From: Rebecca billardiae RCC1528
Taxonomy: Eukaryota; Protista; Haptophyta
Direction: 5' to 3'
Length of the DNA: 64,000 nt
Assembly (NCBI GenBank): GCA_965240325.2
Contig: OZ251226.1
Span: forward strand, 434,001 to 498,000
Part shown: one piece after another, positions 18,001 through 27,675 of the stretch
How the letters are laid out: every line of letters starts with the position of its first letter
How positions within the stretch are numbered: position 1 is the stretch's first letter
The notes under the pieces: model-generated
Database searches by the model: none
The model's input: only the letters and a program-made list of their open reading frames with translations
What the model was told of the DNA's origin: nothing
Program-made: the position numbers and the translations under genes

Positions 18001-19786
18001 CGCGTCGTGGGCGCCGATCCGCGCGGCGGCGCGCGCCGCGGCCGAGGCGGGGGCCGGTCTGTTTGGGGCCATCCCCGCGTCCGCGCTGTCCGCCTCGACC
18101 GCCGCGGCCGTCGGCTTTGGGGGCGGCGCGCGCGAGCACGGCACGGCGGCCGAGGCGGACGGCGGCGGCGGCGGCGCGGACGGCGGCGGCGGCGCGCCGA
18201 GCGCCGCCGCCGCCGCCGCCGCCGCCACCGCCGCCGAGGGCCGCGCCGCGCAGCTCTCCGCGCCTCCGAGCGCGCGCGCCTTCTCCCTGTATGCCTTCGT
18301 CATCGAGGCCGGGGAGGTGACGCTCGAGCTGGACCGAGCGCAGCTGCAGGCTCGCGCGGCGGAGCGCACCGCCGCGGCGTACGGGCTGGCGCGGCACGCG
18401 CCACCGCGCGCGGCCGCGGCCGCGCCGGGCGCGGCCGACGGGGGGGCGGCGCTGCCGGAGCACGCCGGGGAGGCAGAGGCGGGCGCTGGCGAGCGCGCCT
18501 CGCGGCGGCAGCGCCGCCGAGGCCGCGAGGGCGCGCGCGAGCGCGGGCCTGCGCGGTGGAGCCTCGAGCTGCTCGACACTTCGCTCTCTCAGGTGCCGGA
18601 CAGCGCCGAGCCGCGCCTGCCCGGCCGGGTCGGTGGCGGCGCGCGCGCCGCGACGGTCGGCTCGCGCGGCGGCGGCGGCGCGCGCGGCGCGCGGCGCGGC
18701 GGCGGCGCGCCCGCCGCGTCGGCGCTCGCCGCGCGCGCCATCACGCTCGGCCGCGGCGAAGTGCTCTGCCTGGAGACGCTCGCGCATCTGCTCGAGCCGC
18801 TGCCGGGCGCGGACGCGCTGCCGCCGGGCGGCGCGGCGCTCGCGCACAGCTTCCGCGCCGGCGGCGCGGCGCGCGGCGCGGCGGTGGCGGCCCACGCGCC
18901 GGCGGGCGGCGGCGACGCCGTCTCGCGCGAGCTGCGCTGGCGGCTGGTGGCGTCGTCCCGCCTCAGCCTGCTGCGCATCCGCCGCGTCGAGTTCCGCGAG
19001 CTCGCCGGGAGCACGGGGCTGCGCGCGCTCGCGGCCGCGCACGCGCGCCGCGCCGACTTCCTCCGCGCCCGCGTCGACGCCGTGCTCGCCGAGCAGCTGG
19101 CCGTCTCCTGGCTGAGCCGAGAGGGCGTGGCGGTGCCGCCGCGCGCGCTCGGCGCCGCGGCGCCGCGCGGCTTGAACGCGCCGGCGCGGCCGGAGCTGCC
19201 GACGCTGACGGGGCCGAGCACGGCGCTGGCGCGCACCGCCGCGCGCCGCGCGCCGTCCGCCGCCGCCGGCGGAGGCGGGAGAAGCACCGCCGAGGCGCCG
19301 GGCCTCCCAACCCTCGCAGACGGCGCGCCGCCGAGCCGGGCGCGCGCCGCCGACGCGCCCGGCTCGGCCGAGACACCCGGCGCGGCTGACTGGCGCGGCG
19401 CGACGCCGGCGCTGCCGCGGCTGCGCATCCCGGAGCGCGCGCTGCTCGGCCTCGAGCGCGTGCCTGAGGTGCGCTGGATGGAGGCGGGCATGGGCCACGC
19501 CGAGGCGGTGCTCCACGCGCACTCGCGCGACGAGGCGGCGGGATACGCCGAGTACGGCGCGCTGCACGAGCGCGGGCTGCAGGAGGCGCAGCGCCGGCGG
19601 AGGCAGGAGGAGGCGGCCGCGCGGCGGCAGCAGCAGCCCAAGCCGCCGCCGCGCACGTTCCCCAAGACGGTCGCGCTCGCGGTCGCCGCGGGGGTGTCCA
19701 TGAACACGGCGGCCAAGCTCCAGGCGCTCCGCAAGGCCAGGGCGGCGGCATCGGAGTCGGCGGCGTCTGCCGCCGCCGCCACTTGA
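12098..19786 (+). CDS. Very large low-complexity protein with several cyclic-nucleotide-binding (cNMP) domains; probable intron 13544-13747
   Basis: cNMP motifs: LQPGELAFSQGDEANECFVICKGAC, LPGALVGEIAMLFRGERRNASIRALERTEVLALSRADF, IVMREGTPPSSMLVVVSG, GDALGELSLLLRVPHDCTALATE. In-frame 204-bp gtgag..ccag intron. Confidence 0.8.
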   Translation: MSFGGGHLPQQANLAALLQHETEVTIERKLVHILTLPIAQWTDVQRRFALAVVRSLPCDLFAALDDRAMEAFILPHLRVRAFHAEPSPAGQHAPTLSAARELPGAEAEAAAVDDGSAEQLRAEEEPLPVEDSGAIVLPGEPPAAVYVVLNGEVTLDEPKISHAGLSLGGAAEPAGGTVGSVGALLATRRLKRWSQQSRRSSQTSAGPEKPQRPAPPGAAEQALPPDIRRVRLRAGGSFGVFELSTYENASSCYAYVEPQPGASGTAAQPAAPPSQPRAAPRAAVLELPAAAFRASPLFALVSARMRETVALLKSTDFFGSWDERGLARLHFVMHRRLLQPGELAFSQGDEANECFVICKGACAVLVRASKSASRQAARQRAASRAHARSDAGCFHSTHWTPPPADEEEDDDTFRRSGDSRRSEGGRWRRWASGSLDEPPAQPSAAEAPTPPDSPRLTGSAEAAWEQEEIEEALKTEFDVAETVSARCGGRRAAGALRWPRARAAGPRAHGCDCWACRPAGSPCAVLARARRARRRAALTRDLRPRRGARQARKLAILAALGELKRSRHARMMSAATASFRIRQRDGRRKSLGVLKLGAEGAEGADGSDQPAPGQPASPARWLRKLSLLPEDGRAAPGTGAPEQRQQLPEQPPQPQRPARADGAARSGAGDSAEWSSAGGDGGAEGAREQREAGGAAPGRTSQPASPAPPDATPASAPRAASPAPPQPSQLSSAAPSSEPPIAPAAAAALPEPPPPPLTMSLDTDLASTSARLEMDILVRARLPDGMRAPLAAVQADGSPRARPGAAAAGATPGGEPPAARAAAGAAAAPADEPAPAQAATADAAAPADASPRARPEAVLHASAPGSAPAPAGVAGAAAPGGELAVAQAVAEDAAAPADASARAQPGAEDAAAPGGKPAPAPAPAEAADAASPAAAAAESGGGGSPRHLSAGAPSAAAAAAAASSEPTSRAESQGGAAYTEAADGPRAATADASAGVRSAASARGPAAGPSPSGAAARGGAHRRTSVGGLGRPSPHRRPSLSPGCGSSSLVPASPQRASVRRPSLASASASPQLAAGQPLARLCRQASASSIGSGSECAAAAAAAEGAGGAEGASAILHELESALAAEESRALSRRPSRDEGGTTSFSLRRRPSVPEESLGTLLRRQPSLPAHPSGGGPAPLGLRRQSSIPAQGGGPVVALRRQTSIPAAVPAAASAALAPGCAGAGGASWRGGGSRGTAAGAEGGSVQQRDGGMAAFEPAQPGLSTPPSRPGTVGQPARPGSVGRPWWAARLSLRQLLEAERAGAALGGAGAAEEEAGADELGGGGVVAGVGLAEDVALAQRMAPAPGAPAAAPGVLGAAPSRAPPSAPPSATLRVARAMRAAARAATWFGRDGEPALPRGSAVGPKGGVTGIAAAASAVASSGRQVATLLPGALVGEIAMLFRGERRNASIRALERTEVLALSRADFNDLEPSSLELIRAEALWRLACSKPAGQRSAAELGTLSARVAALPFFAALHPAACLALCQAMHYRRVAADAIVMREGTPPSSMLVVVSGQCAVARDTASANRRARAAGVRSAQLEEVAAEPSDAAAREPARAEPAGAEDTHLNPWTGTAAREAWRRRSAVPALLDLDAHLAARARRTQSVRYAPPAALAKLIGQRPISQLWQQPHAAHAAAAGAHAQPHAPARRHRRASQGLTAQRARKLAAASGGAGGGAGGADGGADEPGGRAAGAAEAEGELSRSLGGVESSALMASPGRGAEEATRARRPGSGAHSAAGSAGGGDGEPSAEERAAMAATELEGAIAGGMTHALREEEGGGADTVALPGDALGELSLLLRVPHDCTALATETAELFEIPAEAYEAVLRRAHRRELGALLGLLGQRVVPLSHVPRAEIAVSLPLFGGTSGGVGGAAAHDAHGRELARAAGLTAVAQLTAVASGAAAGGGGGGGGLELARRTTCSAGQLVASWAPIRAAARAAAEAGAGLFGAIPASALSASTAAAVGFGGGAREHGTAAEADGGGGGADGGGGAPSAAAAAAAATAAEGRAAQLSAPPSARAFSLYAFVIEAGEVTLELDRAQLQARAAERTAAAYGLARHAPPRAAAAAPGAADGGAALPEHAGEAEAGAGERASRRQRRRGREGARERGPARWSLELLDTSLSQVPDSAEPRLPGRVGGGARAATVGSRGGGGARGARRGGGAPAASALAARAITLGRGEVLCLETLAHLLEPLPGADALPPGGAALAHSFRAGGAARGAAVAAHAPAGGGDAVSRELRWRLVASSRLSLLRIRRVEFRELAGSTGLRALAAAHARRADFLRARVDAVLAEQLAVSWLSREGVAVPPRALGAAAPRGLNAPARPELPTLTGPSTALARTAARRAPSAAAGGGGRSTAEAPGLPTLADGAPPSRARAADAPGSAETPGAADWRGATPALPRLRIPERALLGLERVPEVRWMEAGMGHAEAVLHAHSRDEAAGYAEYGALHERGLQEAQRRRRQEEAAARRQQQPKPPPRTFPKTVALAVAAGVSMNTAAKLQALRKARAAASESAASAAAAT

Positions 19787-20353
19787 ATCTTCATCGTCTC
19801 ACTCTCACTCACACTACTGACTCACTGGGTAAAGTAGCATCGCGCAAGCCTAGCGGATCGGCGGTGGCAGCCCCAGGCTGCTGACGCTGTGAGCCACGCC
19901 GTCCGCTCTGCTGGCGCGCTCACATTCAGTCGATAATCACGCGAACAATATGATGCCGTTCGGACCGACTTCCCGTGCGCGCGGTCGGCGACGGCCCCGG
20001 ACCGCCCCGGTGGCCGAGGCCCCCGCCTGAGGCCCCGAGCCCGCCGAGTAACGCGGATCAGGATATTATGAGACAGGATATGACTGTTATTGACTGCTAC
20101 GTATCGTAGCGTACTCATCATAAATATGATGACGAGCAGTCGGTGATGTAGTCGTCATCATCCGACTGGCATCAGCGGTGATCAGCTGCGGCAGTCGGAT
20201 GCTGCCAGCAGATGATCGCCGGAGCCCAGATCGCGCGAGTCAGCCTCACTGAGTGAGCCTGTCAGGCTGGAATCAGCATCAACTATCAAGTACGGCTAAC
20301 TGTAGTACTGTAGTAGTTACATGACTACATGAGCCCCCCCGCTGTGATTGTCA

Positions 20354-21673
20354 TCAGTTTTCGTCGTCGCCCGCTGGCAGGTCGGCCTCCGCGGTCTGTA
20401 GCGCAGACGCCCCAGCGCGGCCTGACTCTGAGACCTTCGCACCCGCCGCGGCCTCGGCGTCCGCGCCAGGCGTCCGCTCCGCCCGCACCGCCGTGGCCGC
20501 GGCTGGCTCGGCGACGGCAGCTGCCGCCTCTGCGGCCGCCTCCGCGCCGTTGCCTGCCCCAGGCTCGCGTGGCGCGGCCGAGGCGGCTGCGGACGCCGGC
20601 GGCGGCGTGCGCGGCGGCAGCGAGCCCGCGCTCGGCGGCGCGGGCAGCGCGCCCGCCGCCGGATCCCCGGCGAACACCAGCCCCTCCCAAGCACGCAGCG
20701 CGCGCGCAAAGCCTGGGTTGGGCCGCGCGCACGCGCGCGCGCGCCGCACGAGCGCGACCGCGTCAGCGGCGCGGAGGCGGAGGGCCCAGATGAGGTAGGC
20801 GGCCGTGGTGCTCGGCGCGCGGGAGATCCCCGCGCCGCAGTGGATGAACACGCCCTCGCCGCGCTCGCGCGCCGCGTGCACGAACGCGCACACGGGCGCA
20901 AAGTGCGCCGCCAGCTCCGCGGCCGCGCCCTCGCGGTCGTCGACAGTCGCGTGGTAGTGCGCGGTGATGAAGGGCGGGAGCGCGCGCTTGTCGGGGCTGG
21001 AGACGACGGAGACGACGGCGCTCACGCGCCGCGCGCGCAGGGCCGCGCACTCGTTCAGCAGCGCCGCCCAGCCGCCGACCCACAGCCGCGGCGCCACCCG
21101 GTGCATCACGTCAGACTGCCGAGTGCGCGCGGCCACGACCGCGCCGACGCCGCCGCGCGCGTCGGCGCTCGCGCGGCGTCGCGCACCGCCCGGGGGCGCC
21201 GGGCCCTTCGAGCCGCGCGCACTCGCCGGTCGCGACAAGACCGGCGCCGGCGCCGGCGCGGCCTCGGCGGGCTCGTCCCCGTCGGCTGCCGCTGCCGAGA
21301 GCAGCTGCCGCGCGCCGCCCAGGCAAGCGTCGAGTGCGGCGATGGCTGCTTCGACCTCGTCGGCCGGGCGGGCGTTGGTCGCGGCCTGGAGGAGCGCCGT
21401 CGTCGCCGCCTGCGCATCCACCACCGGCTGCGCGTCGGCGCCCGCCCGCCGCGCCGCCTGCTCGACCAGCTCCTGCGCGTCGAGCGCGCGGGAGAGGCCG
21501 AGCAGGTTGACGCCGCCCGCGCCGAGCTCGCGAGCGGCGGCGGCGCGCTCGGCGGCGACGTCCGCCGCGGGCTTGCGCCACGGCCGCTGCTGCCTCGAAC
21601 GCGGTGGCGGGCCCCCGCCGCCGCCACCGCCCACGGCGATGTCGATGCGCACCGGCGCCCTTGCCGTTGTCAT
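20354..21673 (-). CDS. Dual-specificity protein phosphatase
   Basis: RVAPRLWVGG, VDDRE, catalytic VFIHCGAGISRAPSTTAAYL and ARPNPGF. Confidence 0.88.
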   Translation of the reverse strand: MTTARAPVRIDIAVGGGGGGGPPPRSRQQRPWRKPAADVAAERAAAARELGAGGVNLLGLSRALDAQELVEQAARRAGADAQPVVDAQAATTALLQAATNARPADEVEAAIAALDACLGGARQLLSAAAADGDEPAEAAPAPAPVLSRPASARGSKGPAPPGGARRRASADARGGVGAVVAARTRQSDVMHRVAPRLWVGGWAALLNECAALRARRVSAVVSVVSSPDKRALPPFITAHYHATVDDREGAAAELAAHFAPVCAFVHAARERGEGVFIHCGAGISRAPSTTAAYLIWALRLRAADAVALVRRARACARPNPGFARALRAWEGLVFAGDPAAGALPAPPSAGSLPPRTPPPASAAASAAPREPGAGNGAEAAAEAAAAVAEPAAATAVRAERTPGADAEAAAGAKVSESGRAGASALQTAEADLPAGDDEN

Positions 21674-22037
21674 GGCCGCGGTCAACAGCCCTGCCCTTCC
21701 GGCTTCCACCGGCCCGGGCGGCGTCGGAGGCTCGGAGCAGAAGAACTGCGTCTCCGGATAAAGGATTAAAGGTCCAAGCCCAGACCGCAGCGGCAAGGAC
21801 CAGTCCGGGGGCGGACGAGATAGTCTGATATTCGTCCAGGCCCGGACCGATCACAAAGCATTGAAAACATCCGGACTCTATTCAAACGATTCCTGAGATT
21901 CTGCCCACGAACAATCGCGCGGCTTTCGGCGGCGGCGGCACGAACGAGCCGCTCTCACTGGTCATTCGCCGCTTGGTGCCGGAGATCACCAAGCGGGATC
22001 CGCACAGCCAACGACGGGGCTCCCGCGGGAGGTGCCC

Positions 22038-25000
22038 ATGACGAGGGAAAGCGGCGGCGGGAGCGCCGTGGCGCTGCTCGCGCTGTTGGGCGGCGCGGTG
22101 GGCGCCGGGGCACGGCCGCCGTGCGTCACGCTCACCTCGGGCGCGCGACATACGTGCGCCTCGGCGTGCGCCAGCGGCGATCTCATCGCCTGCTGGGGCG
22201 CCAACGAGCGCGCGCAGTCGTCTGTGCCCTCGCTGGGCAAGCGCCTGCTGCACGCGAGCGCGGGCGAGGCGCACACGTGCGCCACGACGGCGGACGGGGA
22301 AGGGTACTGCTGGGGCGACAACTCGCGCGGCCAGCTCGGCCTCGGCCTGCTCGCGCCGCACGTCGGCGACGCGGCGCGCGCACCGGTGATGCTCGGCCGC
22401 ACGCGCGGCGCGGCGCCTCCGCCGCCCGCCCACGCCGCGTCGCACTGCGACCGGCATGCGTCGGGCTGGTGGCTCACGGAGGCATGCAAGCGGGAGCACG
22501 CCCTCATGCAGCCGAGGCCGCCCACCGGCCCGCCGATGCGCATCGTCGCCATCTTTGCGGGCTCGCAGCACACGTGTGCGCTCGGCGTCGACGGCGCGGT
22601 CAAATGTTTCGGCAGCGGCTCGAAGGGGCAGCTGGGGTACGGCGACCGCACGTCGCGCGGCATGAGCGCGGACACGATGGGCGACGCCCTCCCCGAGGTC
22701 GAGCTCGGCGCGGGGCGCACCGCCAAGGCGCTCGCCCTCGGGCGCGAGCACACGTGCGCGGCGGTGCGCGACAGCGGCGCCGGTGACGGCTTGGCTGCCG
22801 ACGCGCCGCCGAATCAGGTGCTGTGCTGGGGCGCGGCGATGAACGGCCGACTGGGGCTGGGCGACTCGCGCCACCGCGGCGATGTGCCCGGCACGATGGG
22901 CGACGCGCTCGCGCCCGTCGACCTCGGCTCGCGCGGCGGGCGCGGGCGCATCGACCAGCTGGTCGCAGGCGCAAGACACATGTGTGCGCTTGTCTCCTCG
23001 GCGCATCCGCCCGTGTCTGCGCGGCGCGGCGCGGGGCGCGAGGGGGCGGGCGCGGACGCGCGCGACTCGCACAGTCGGAGCCGACGGCGCTCGCGCTCAC
23101 GCCGTCGAGGCGGTGCCGACGACGACGACGACGAGGCCGCCGCCTCCGCCTCCGCTGCCGCCGTCGGCGCCTCCTCCGCTCCTCCGCCCAGTGACGGGGG
23201 CTCAGTGCTGTGCTGGGGCTGGGGCAAGCACGGCCAGCTGGGCTACGGTGCGCGCCGCCGCCGCGGGAGTGCCGCGCGCGCGCCTCCCTCGCGCGCGCGC
23301 GCGCTCTCGCGCCGCGCCCTGGCGCGCACGCCTTTTCACACGCACGCGCCCTTGCCCTGCGCGCGCGCGCGTTTGCTGTGCACGCCTGCGCTGCCGCCAC
23401 TGCCCCGCTGCTGCCCTGCTGCTGCCGCCGCGCTCCACCCCGTCGCAGGCGACGACGAGGACCGCGGCGAGACGTCCGCCTCGATGGGCGACGCCCTGCC
23501 CGCAGTCGACCTGGGCGAGGGCGCGCTCGCCCTCGCGATCGCAGTCGGCGACGAGCACACGTGCGCTATCGTGCAGCGGGCGGCGGCGCCGGGCGCGGCG
23601 GCGGCGCCGCCGCCGAGCGCAGTGTGCTGGGGCGCGCAGGGCTCGCGCCAGCTGGGCGTCGAGGTGCCGCGGGGCTCGCTGCGCCAGGACGTCGGCGACC
23701 AGCCGCACCAGATGGGCGAGCTGATCGAGCCCGTGCCGCTGCGCCTCGCCGCGACGCCGGCGATCAGCGCGGGCGGCAAATTCAGCTGCGCCGCGCTCGA
23801 GGCCGGGCGCGCGGATGCGTCTACGGCGGCGGCGGCGCACGTTGCGTGCTGGGGCGCGTCGACGGGCGGCGCGCTCGGCGACAAGTCGCGGCTCTCGCGC
23901 TCGCACTCGCACCTGCCGCTCACGCGCGAGCACGTGGACACGCGCAGCGCGAGCATCGGGCCGCTGCTCCAGATCGACATGAGCGCACTCGAGGCGCTGC
24001 CGACGCTCTCCGCTCACGCGGGCGGCTCGGCCGGCGGCGCGCGGAGCGGTGGGGACGGCGCGCGCCGAGCGGTGGGGACGCCGGCGCCGGCGCCGGCGCT
24101 GACGCCGGCGCCGGCGCCGGCGCCGGCGCCGTCACCGAGCTCGCGTGGCCCAGGTGGAGGGAGGAGGCGAGGTCGGCCGCGCCGCTCCCGCGCCTCGCCG
24201 CCGCCTGCCGCGTCGTCGCCGCCGCCGCCACCGCCGCTGCTGATGCCGCCGCCCTCGCCGGCGCCGCCGCTGCAGCCGTCCCTGCTGGCGCTTCTGCTAG
24301 GCCAGCAGCTGCCGCCGCCGCCGCCGAGCTCGCCACCGCCCGCCGCCGCGTGGCCGAGCGTGCCGCTGGTGGGGGCGGGTCGAAAGGGCACGACACAGCG
24401 CTACTGGCCAAGCCCTCCGCCGCCGCCGCCCTCGCCGCGCCGAGGCCGCGCGCGCCGCGGCTCGGGCGGGGCCGAGCGCCCCTCGCCCTCGCCCTCGCCC
24501 GCGCCCTCGCCCGTGCCGCAGCCCGCGCGGCGCGGCTCGTGGCGAGACGCGGTGAACCTCGAGTGCTACGAGGACAACCAGGCGCACGACTACCGCGGCC
24601 ACGTCTCGGTCACGGCGCGCGGCCTGCCGTGCCAGCGCTGGACGGCTGTGCTGCCTCACAAGCCGCACTTCACGCCCGAGCGGGTGCGCGCGCTCGGGGC
24701 CCGCGGGCGCGGTGGGGCCGTCCCGCGCGCGCGCCGCCACACCGCCCGCCCTCGGCTCACCCGCCCCGCCACCGCGCCGCCGCGCGTGCGCCCGCGCCCT
24801 TTCCGCGCCGCGCGCCGGCTCCGGGCCCTCAGTACCCGGACCGTGGGCTGGGCGACCACAACTACTGCCGCGCCCCCGGCCGGTACTCCTACTGCGCCTG
24901 GTGCGTGGGAGCACGCAGCATCGCCGGCCGCGCGGAACCCGAGCGGCCGCGCGCGCCGCGCGCACCGCCGCCACGCGAGCCCCCGCTCACTTGACCCCCC

Positions 25001-26115
25001 GCCCTGGCTGGCTCCGCGCGGCGGACCGGCCCGGCCCGCCACCGCCGCGCGGCTGTGTGCGCGCCCCCTCCGCCCCCTCGCGCCTCGTGTGTGCGCGTGC
25101 GGCCGTGTGTGTGTGCGCGCGCGTGCGCAGGTGCTACACGACAAACCCCGGCGTCGAGTGGGACTGCTGCGACGTGGGCATGCCCGCGGACAGGTGCATC
25201 TGGTTCCCCTCGCCGCCGCCGCCGCCGTCGCTCCCGCCCTACTCGCCGCCGCCCTCGCCGCGCCCGTCGCCGCCGCCGCCGATCCCGATGCCGCCCGCGC
25301 CGCCCGTGCACCTGAAGGACCCGGAGTGCTACACGCACTACCAGGCGCGCGACTACCGCGGCCGCGTGAACAGCACCTCGCGCGGCTTCACGTGCCAGCA
25401 GTGGACGGCGCAGGCGCCGCACGCGCACAGCTACGACCCGGCGGCATACGCCGCGTACGGCATCGGCAACCACAACTACTGCCGCGCCGCGGGCTCGTTC
25501 TGCGCGTGGTGCTACACGCAGCACGAGGGCAAGCCGGAGTGGGACTGCTGTGACATCGGCCCGCCGTCCGACTTCTGCGAGATCATCTCGCTGCACGAGG
25601 ACCGAGGCCCGCACGGCGCGCTGCCGCCGCGCACGGTGCCGAGGCCCATCGCGCCCGCGTGGGCGACGAGCGCCCCGTGGCTCGGCAGCGCGCTGCTGCT
25701 CGGCGTCACGGTCGGGCTCGCGATCGCGCTCGCCGCGCTGCGGCGCGCGCGGCGCGGCGCGGCGACGCCGCTGCCGACCAGCGTGCCCGAGCTGCTGGAG
25801 CCCACGCCGAACCGGCGCGCGCGGCACAACGGTGGCACTACGCGGCAAGCGCGCGGCGCGAGCGTGGCGGGCCGTGAGCTGCCGGCGCGCTCGAGCGGCG
25901 GCGCGGGGGGCGCGGCCAAGCCCGAGCCGCACCGTGCGAGCGGCGCGGGGCTCGCGCGGCCGCCGGCCGCGGCGCCGCGCCCAGCAGCTGCGGCAGCATC
26001 ACCGGCCCCTCTGAGACCGCCAGCGAGCGCGCCGCCGACACCCGCCCCGGCCGGGGCGACCGCTCGTCGCAGCCGCTATGAGGACGCGAGCTACCTCGCA
26101 TCGCCCATGCTGTGA
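22038..26115 (+). CDS. Type I membrane protein: signal peptide, RCC1/BLIP-II repeats, Pro-rich stalk, two kringle domains, TM; exons 22038-23247, 23449-24683, 24833-24900, 25131-26115
   Basis: RCC1-like AGxxHTCA...CWG.N..GQLG repeats. Kringles ECY...DYRGHVSVTARGLPCQRW...HNYCRAP...WCYT and ECY..DYRGRVNSTSRGFTCQQW..HNYCR..WCYT. Three GT..AG introns join the frames. TM LGSALLLGVTVGLAIALAAL. Confidence 0.85.
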
Positions 26116-26339
26116 GCAATTGTGTGCGTGTCAGCTTGATATTGAGTGAGCACGCTCTGTCGCTCAGCCTAGCAAGCTGCGCTTGGCGAATCATTGATGG
26201 ATGATGATGACGACGACTTGACAGCACGAGTACTATAGGCTCCGGCTCCGCGACATCGTCTACTACCACTCGAGTACTCCGACCGCGGACGCGGACGCGC
26301 GGTACGGCCCCGCGCCGCGGTACCGCCCCCCGCCGCCCC

Positions 26340-26593
26340 GGCTCCGGCTTCGCCTTCGAGTTCGGTCGGCACCCCCCCCACTCCCCAGTCCGGTCACTGG
26401 AGCGTTACATCTTGACACTGCAATCGGCGGGATCGCCCGCCTCTGATGACGATCTACGCCGAAATACGCCGATGCTCCTAGACCACTCCCCAGGCGGTCC
26501 CTTGATCACAACTTGATGGACGGCATTACTGTCTACTGATTACGGCCCTGGCGGATCATCAGCCACACCTCCAATCGGTTCAGACTCTATTTT
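26340..26593 (+). repeat. Small dispersed element, interior type 1 (homologous to 36007-36270)
   Basis: cagtccggtcactggagcgttacatcttgacactgcaatcggcg is identical to the reverse complement of 36199-36242. Ends are ggctccggcttcg... and ...ggttcagactctatttt. Confidence 0.85.
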
Positions 26594-26701
26594 CTATAAG
26601 TAAATACCCAGCCCGGGTGCTATTTTCGCATATGTATAGAGGTGTCCGGAACACTCCCGGACTGTGCTGAAATCTGAGTGAGGGACGGGTAGTTACATAG
26701 T

Positions 26702-26875
26702 AAAAATAGAGTCTGAACCTATTGGGAGGTGGTCGGATGCGCGACATTTCTCGTTGAAGTCATCAATCGTGAATCGGGGGTCCGGGAAGGGATTCTGCTG
26801 CATGGTCCGCTTGGTTGACTTTGGCTCGGGGCCAAGACGTAACGGAGCTGGGGGGGATGGACCGGAGCTGGAGCC
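26702..26875 (-). repeat. Small dispersed element, interior type 2 (same termini as type 1)
   Basis: Reverse complement starts ggctccagctccggtccatccccc and ends cctcccaataggttcagactctatttt. The interior matches 26905-27157 and 33228-33448. Confidence 0.8.
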
Positions 26876-26904
26876 CCCACACTCCCCAGTGGCAGCCGCC
26901 CCCG

Positions 26905-27157
26905 CCACTCCCCAGACTCCGTTAGTCGTTACGTAATAATACGTAGTCTTTGCCCCGAGCCGAAGTCAACCAAGCGGACCATCGGCATGCACTCAGCACA
27001 GAGCACTATGCAGCAGAGTCCCTTCCGACCCCCGATTCAGACTATATATTGATGATGAATGACTCAAGGGCGGTCTTCGTCCATCAATCAATTCGTGAAC
27101 GAGGAATCATGGAGAATTAGGAAATGTCGCGCAGCATCTCCTACCACCTCGGCCCAA
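26905..27157 (+). repeat. Insertion-riddled copy of the type 2 element, inverted relative to 26702-26875 (foldback)
   Basis: gccccgagccgaagtcaaccaagcggaccat, atgcagcagagtcccttcc, gacccccgattca and gaaatgtcgcgca are reverse complements of blocks in 26722-26855. Confidence 0.8.
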
Positions 27158-27675
27158 TGCCGATGGCCCAATGCGGCCCATTCGGATTGGCCAATTAAGC
27201 TTTATTGATTATATATATATATATATGGATTATTAATATATGCGCGGAACTGGCGTGCCTGGCGCGCGTGCCAGCCGAGCAGTGCCAGCGTCACACGCCG
27301 CCTGACACGGCGGGCACAAGCCACAATGCTCACGCAGCCTGCGCGGACGTGCACTCACTGCAGGTCGGGCTCCGACCCGAGCACGGCAGTCGCGCGCCCT
27401 GCCGGCTGCCGGCACGGGCCGCCGCTGCCCGCTTGCCGCACATGAAAGGCAAGTGCCGGGACCTGCTGGCACGACGGGCAGCCGCAGCGACGACGACGAC
27501 GGCCCCGGCCGGAAGCGGCGGAGCGCTCCGCGCGTGCTAGTACGCGTGTGCGTCAGCCGGGTCGATGGACAAACAATGATGGGCGCGTGGGGCCATGCAC
27601 ATGCGCCGAGACAGGCCGAGCCTGGTTGGAGGACGGGCAGGCAGACGGGCGGTGCGATCGACCACCCCGGTCCGA

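Noticed and set aside
12149-19812. Many overlapping ORFs over the cNMP gene, and likewise over 28058-31834, 40544-44826, 53290-55887 and 60890-63797
   Set aside because: Arg/Ala/Pro-rich translations expected from very high GC; only one frame per locus has domain motifs.
26576-26593. tRNA/SINE B-box (ggttcagactc)
   Set aside because: Imperfect B-box match, no A-box or cloverleaf; no tRNA or snRNA signature recognised.
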